Shown here one piece after another: positions 60,092 through 64,000 of a DNA stretch of 64,000 nucleotides (position 1 is the first letter of the stretch; every line of letters begins with the position of its first letter). Both the position numbers and the translations under genes were made by a program. The stretch is from an uncultured Desulfobacterales bacterium (GTDB lineage Bacteria > Desulfobacterota > Desulfobacteria > Desulfobacterales > SpSt-501), in contig CALIUY010000016.1 of the NCBI GenBank assembly GCA_938048455.1, positions 14,796 to 78,795 of the forward strand, given 5' to 3'. The notes under the pieces are model-generated. The model made no database searches and was not told where the DNA came from. It worked only from the letters and a program-made list of their open reading frames with translations.

Positions 60092-61291
60092 TCAGCGCGT
60101 CTCTTGGACCGCCGGAGCGAGCGGGCCTCCGGAAGCCGGGAGCGGATCGTCAAGCGCGGCAAGCGCGCGGCGGGCGATGTCCAAGGCGGCTTGGGGTCGC
60201 GCCAGACGGCGGGCCTGCCGCCGCAGGCGCCGCAGCCGGGCGGGGTCGGAGAGCAGCGTTTCGATTTTCCAGGGCAGGGTGGCGAGCGGCCCGATTTTCA
60301 CCGCCGCTCCGTTTTCGAGCAAATAGTCGGCATTGCGGCTTTCCTGGCCGGGAATGGGGTTGACGATGGCGAAAGCCGCCCCCCGCGCCAGGATCTCGGA
60401 GGCGGTCAGCCCTCCCGGCTTGCTGATCACGAGGTCGGCGGCCGCGAGCCACCGGTCCAGGACCGAGGTATAGCCCAGGATCTGCCGGCGATGAGGCGCG
60501 CGCGGCGGAAGCGCGGCCAGCCGCCGCTCGAGCGTCGCGTTGCGGCCGCAGACGACGGCGAGGTCGAGGGGTCGCTCGATCGCCTGCACGGCCTGGACGA
60601 TCGCCTCGACCGGTCCCACGCCGAAGCCGCCGGAAAGAACCAGAACCAGCGGCCGCCCCCCCGGAAGGCCAAGCTCCCGGCGGGCCTCCTCACCGGAGAG
60701 CGGCTGGCCGAACACGGGGTGAATGGGGATGCCGGTCACCGCCATCCGCGCTGTGGGGATCCCCAAGGCCGCGGCGTAGGCCGCGCTCTCGGCCGTCGCC
60801 AGGAAGTAGTGTTCACAAGGCTCCTGCACCCAGAGCCGGTGCACCATGAAGTCGGTCACCACCGTCATCTGGGGGACGCCGATCCGCCCCGAGCGGCGCA
60901 GGGCCGCGATGATCTCGGCCGGAAGGAAATGGGTGTTGATCACGAGATCCCAGGGCTCAGCGGTCAAAAGCCGGAGAAACGGCTTGAGGTTCAGCTTTTC
61001 CAGCGCGATCCGCAAGGGCGAGCCGGCAGGCTGTCTCTCCTTCGTCGGCCGGTCGAGAACGTCGTAGACGAAACCGAGCAGATGCGGCGCCCGGTTGGCG
61101 AAGTCGAGGTAGCCCTTGCCGTAGAGGCGGCGAAAGGTCTTGCTGGCGAGGCCGAGCACGTCGACCGCCTCGATCGTGCAACGCGGACGGAGTTTCCGGA
61201 ACGCGAGCGTCACCGCCTCGGCCGCGCGCACGTGACCCGCCCCGACCGAGGCCGAAAGAACGAGGATGCGGCAGGATCGCGCCTTGTTCAT
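60092..61291 (-). CDS. GT28-family glycosyltransferase (MGDG synthase / UgtP-like)
   Basis: Trimmed to ATG 61291. ILVLSASVGAGHVRAAEA N-terminal domain and SKPGGLTASE..PIPGQE C-terminal domain. Confidence 0.8.
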   Translation of the reverse strand: MNKARSCRILVLSASVGAGHVRAAEAVTLAFRKLRPRCTIEAVDVLGLASKTFRRLYGKGYLDFANRAPHLLGFVYDVLDRPTKERQPAGSPLRIALEKLNLKPFLRLLTAEPWDLVINTHFLPAEIIAALRRSGRIGVPQMTVVTDFMVHRLWVQEPCEHYFLATAESAAYAAALGIPTARMAVTGIPIHPVFGQPLSGEEARRELGLPGGRPLVLVLSGGFGVGPVEAIVQAVQAIERPLDLAVVCGRNATLERRLAALPPRAPHRRQILGYTSVLDRWLAAADLVISKPGGLTASEILARGAAFAIVNPIPGQESRNADYLLENGAAVKIGPLATLPWKIETLLSDPARLRRLRRQARRLARPQAALDIARRALAALDDPLPASGGPLAPAVQETR

Positions 61292-61500
61292 CGTCTCCCC
61301 GCAGGCACCGCGCTGCGGGATCGATTGCGACCCGGGCTGCGGGGAGTCCCGGCCGGACAAGAGGTGCCCTGGCCGGGCTCGCCTACCGGGAAGTCATCGA
61401 AAACTAACCGCAGCCTAACCCCGGATGAACGAAAAGACAACATCCTCGGGCGTTCGATGCGCAGATCCCGCTTCGGGTTCGTGCAGGAAAGGGATGATCC

Positions 61501-62193
61501 ATGGCCAAGGAACGCATCCTGGTCGTCGATGACGAAGAGGATATCGTCGAGCTGGTTCGCTTTCATCTGACCCGCGAAGGGTTCCTGGTCGACTCGGCCG
61601 CCAGCGGCGAAGAGGCACTCGCCAAGGTCCGCCAGGGCGCTTTCGCCCTGATCGTGCTCGACCTCATGCTTCCCGGGGTGGACGGGCTGGAAGTCGCCCG
61701 GGCGCTCAAGGCCGAGCCGCGCACCGCAGGCCTTCCCATCCTGATGCTCACGGCGAAAGGCGAAGACGCCGACATCGTCACCGGCCTGGAGCTCGGTGCC
61801 GACGATTACGTCACGAAACCCTTCAGCCCGCGGGTGCTGCTCGCGCGCATCAAGGCCGTGCTGCGCCGACGGGCGCGCACGGCGGTCGACGACCAGACCG
61901 TGCTGACGATCCACGAGCTCGAGATCCACCCCGGAAGACGCAGCGTGCTCGCCGGCGGCCAACCGGTCGATCTCACCTACACCGAGTTCCAGCTGCTCTC
62001 CTTTTTGGCGCGGCGGCCCGGATGGGTCTTCACCCGCTCGCAGATCGTCGACGCCGTGCGCGGAACCGATTACCCCGTGACCGATCGAAGCGTGGATGTC
62101 CAAGTGGTGGGCCTGCGCAAGAAGCTCGGCGCTTACGGCCGCTACATCGAGACCGTGCGCGGGGTGGGCTACCGCTTCCGCGAAAAGCCATGA
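61501..62193 (+). CDS. phoB: OmpR/PhoB-family response regulator
   Basis: Receiver (ILVVDDEEDI, VLDLMLPGVDG, MLTAKG) plus winged helix (LTYTEFQLLSFL, VRGVGYRF). Confidence 0.8.
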   Translation: MAKERILVVDDEEDIVELVRFHLTREGFLVDSAASGEEALAKVRQGAFALIVLDLMLPGVDGLEVARALKAEPRTAGLPILMLTAKGEDADIVTGLELGADDYVTKPFSPRVLLARIKAVLRRRARTAVDDQTVLTIHELEIHPGRRSVLAGGQPVDLTYTEFQLLSFLARRPGWVFTRSQIVDAVRGTDYPVTDRSVDVQVVGLRKKLGAYGRYIETVRGVGYRFREKP

Positions 62194-64000
62194 AACCGCC
62201 CCGCAAGCTTCTCTGGCGTCTCTTTTTTTCCTACCTCTTCATCGCCCTCGGGGCTTTGTTCCTTGCCGGCTGGCACTTCCTGCACACGCTGGAGAAGTTT
62301 TTCGAAGACCAGCTCACCGCGGATCTCTTCGGCCGGGCGCGGATGATCGAGCCCCAGATCCGGCCCCTGCTCGATCCGGTGCAGGCCCCGGCCGTGGATG
62401 CCCTCTGCAAGCTCTCCGGGCGTCACACGGGCACCCGCTTCAGCGTCATCCTGCCCGACGGGACGGTCGTGGGCGACACCTGGGTGGCCCCGGAATCCCT
62501 CGACAACCACGCCGGTCGGCCGGAAATCGCCGCGGCTTTAGCCGCCGGCTCCGGCCGTTCCCGGCGCTACAGCTACACCCTGCGCCAGAACGTGCTCTAC
62601 GCCGCCGTCGCGGCCGATACCGACGGGCACCGCCTCGGCGTGATCCGGGCCGCCATTCCGCTCTCCCGCATGGAAGCCCAGATCGGCGACATGCGACTCG
62701 AGTTCCTTGCCGTGGGGGGGATCGTCGCCCTGCTCGCCCTCGGGGTGACCTTGCTCATTTCCCGGCAGTACGGGCGCAAGATCGACGAGCTCAAGGAAGG
62801 CGCCGCCCGGCTGGCGCGCGGCGAGCTGGGGCACCGGCTGCGGGCTCCCGACTCCGAGGAGCTGGGCGGCCTGGCCGAATCCTTGAACCGCATGGCCGAG
62901 GAACTCGAATCCCGCCTGCAGACGGTTATCCGCCAGCGCAACGAGCTCGAGGCCGTGCTGTCGAGCATGCTGGAGGGCGTCCTCGCCGTCGACCGCGGCG
63001 AGCGGATCCTCAGCCTGAACCCGGCGGCCGCCCGCTGGTTCGACCTCGATGCGGAGCGGGTGCGCGGGAAAACCGTGCCCGAGGCGATCCGCAACCTCGC
63101 CATTCAGCAGTTCATCGCCCAGGCGCTCCAGACGCCCGGCTCGCTCGAGGAGGACATCACCGTGTATCGCGGCGGGGAGCGCACGCTCAACATCAAGAGC
63201 ACCCCCCTGCGGGGCGGCGGCGATGAAGCGATCGGCGTGCTGATCGTATTCAGCGACGTGACCCGGCTGCGGCGGCTGGAAGAGGTGCGCCGCGACTTCG
63301 TCGCCAACGTCTCCCACGAAATCAAGACCCCGCTCACGGCCATCCAGGGTTTCGTCGAGACCCTGCAGCAACACGGCACGGGGGAGGCGGAGGAAACCGC
63401 GCGGTTTCTGCAGATCATCGCCCGGCATGTCGGCCGCCTGAACGCGATCGTGGACGACCTGCTGCTGCTCTCGCGGATCGAAAACGAGGACGAACGCGGC
63501 GAGCTGGCCCTCGAGGCGGTCCGCCTGCGCGATCTCTTCCACGGCGCCGTCCAGGTCTGCCGGCCCAAGGCCGAAGACCGAAGAATCGCGATCGCCATCG
63601 AGACGGACCCGCAACTCACGCTGGATGCGGACCCCGTGCTCCTCGAGCAGGCCTTGGTCAATCTGCTCGACAACGCGATCAAGTACAGCGAGCCCGGCCA
63701 GTCCGTTCACCTGCGCGGCCGATCGACGGGGGCAAGGGTGGTCATCGAGGTGCAGGACCACGGCATCGGGATCGAAAAAAAACATCTTCCCCGGCTTTTC
63801 GAGCGCTTCTACCGCGTGGACAAGGCCCGCAGCCGCAACCAGGGAGGAACGGGACTCGGCCTGGCGATCGTGAAACATATCGCCCAGGCGCACGGAGGGC
63901 GCGTGACGGTGGAAAGCCAGCTCGGGGAAGGAAGCCTCTTCCGCCTGGAGCTGCCGCGGGGAGGTGGGCAGGAGGCGGCGGGGGGAAACCATCAGCCGAA
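62190..64000 (+). CDS. phoR: PhoR-like sensor histidine kinase (3' end beyond the window)
   Basis: Not in the ORF track (no stop in the window). ATG 62190 (ATGA overlap with phoB). TM, HAMP, PAS, H-box FVANVSHEIKTPLTAIQG, NLLDNAIKYS, DHGIGI, GGTGLGLAIVKH. Confidence 0.8.
   Translation, partial: MKPPRKLLWRLFFSYLFIALGALFLAGWHFLHTLEKFFEDQLTADLFGRARMIEPQIRPLLDPVQAPAVDALCKLSGRHTGTRFSVILPDGTVVGDTWVAPESLDNHAGRPEIAAALAAGSGRSRRYSYTLRQNVLYAAVAADTDGHRLGVIRAAIPLSRMEAQIGDMRLEFLAVGGIVALLALGVTLLISRQYGRKIDELKEGAARLARGELGHRLRAPDSEELGGLAESLNRMAEELESRLQTVIRQRNELEAVLSSMLEGVLAVDRGERILSLNPAAARWFDLDAERVRGKTVPEAIRNLAIQQFIAQALQTPGSLEEDITVYRGGERTLNIKSTPLRGGGDEAIGVLIVFSDVTRLRRLEEVRRDFVANVSHEIKTPLTAIQGFVETLQQHGTGEAEETARFLQIIARHVGRLNAIVDDLLLLSRIENEDERGELALEAVRLRDLFHGAVQVCRPKAEDRRIAIAIETDPQLTLDADPVLLEQALVNLLDNAIKYSEPGQSVHLRGRSTGARVVIEVQDHGIGIEKKHLPRLFERFYRVDKARSRNQGGTGLGLAIVKHIAQAHGGRVTVESQLGEGSLFRLELPRGGGQEAAGGNHQP

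Overview
High-GC (about 65%) bacterial chromosomal segment. It is densely coded and looks like an anaerobic Desulfobacterota-type organism: Hdr-like CCG proteins, a molybdopterin oxidoreductase, many sigma54 activators and apparent selenocysteine use. I recognised no rRNA, tRNA, CRISPR array, transposase or phage genes.

Content from left to right:
(1) An ArsR-operated acr3-arsR operon that continues into a small gene with two consecutive in-frame TGA codons, an HdrD-like CCG-domain reductase and an ArsP-type permease.
(2) Patatin, BASS transporter and cfa genes.
(3) A NifX-like gene followed by a SelW/Rdx-type selenoprotein gene that the ORF track misses (in-frame TGA). It is divergent from a radical SAM gene. 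A divergent Usp / TauE pair follows. All four units have -24/-12 (sigma54) promoters, and the two intergenic regions share an ATGTTTCA-N5-TGAAAC palindrome.
(4) Three tandem ZraP/CpxP/Spy-like genes with a ZraSR-like kinase/sigma54-activator pair.
(5) A PAS/Cys-rich sigma54 activator at the end of a roughly 8 kb periplasmic thiol-redox/metal operon: DGC protein, thioredoxins, CcdA, CDF, MauE-DUF1573, Fe-S protein, rhodanese, DsbC, AbrB-radical SAM/SPASM.
(6) A second arsR-permease-thioredoxin cassette.
(7) A ttrBCA-like molybdoenzyme operon with a consensus sigma54 promoter. It is preceded by a PhnD-like lipoprotein and a membrane-anchored activator, and followed by FmdE, MoeA-type and HdrCB genes.
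(8) MFS and Fe3+-type ABC transporters.
(9) A second membrane-anchored activator (GAFTEA variant) next to a sigma54-driven small-protein/TauE/DUF4881 operon.
(10) A PEP-utilising enzyme, metY, a GT28 glycosyltransferase and phoBR-like genes.

The most unusual signals are the two recoded (TGA) genes, especially the candidate vicinal Sec-Sec protein in the ars-like operon. All family assignments are by-eye motif recognition; no database search was possible.
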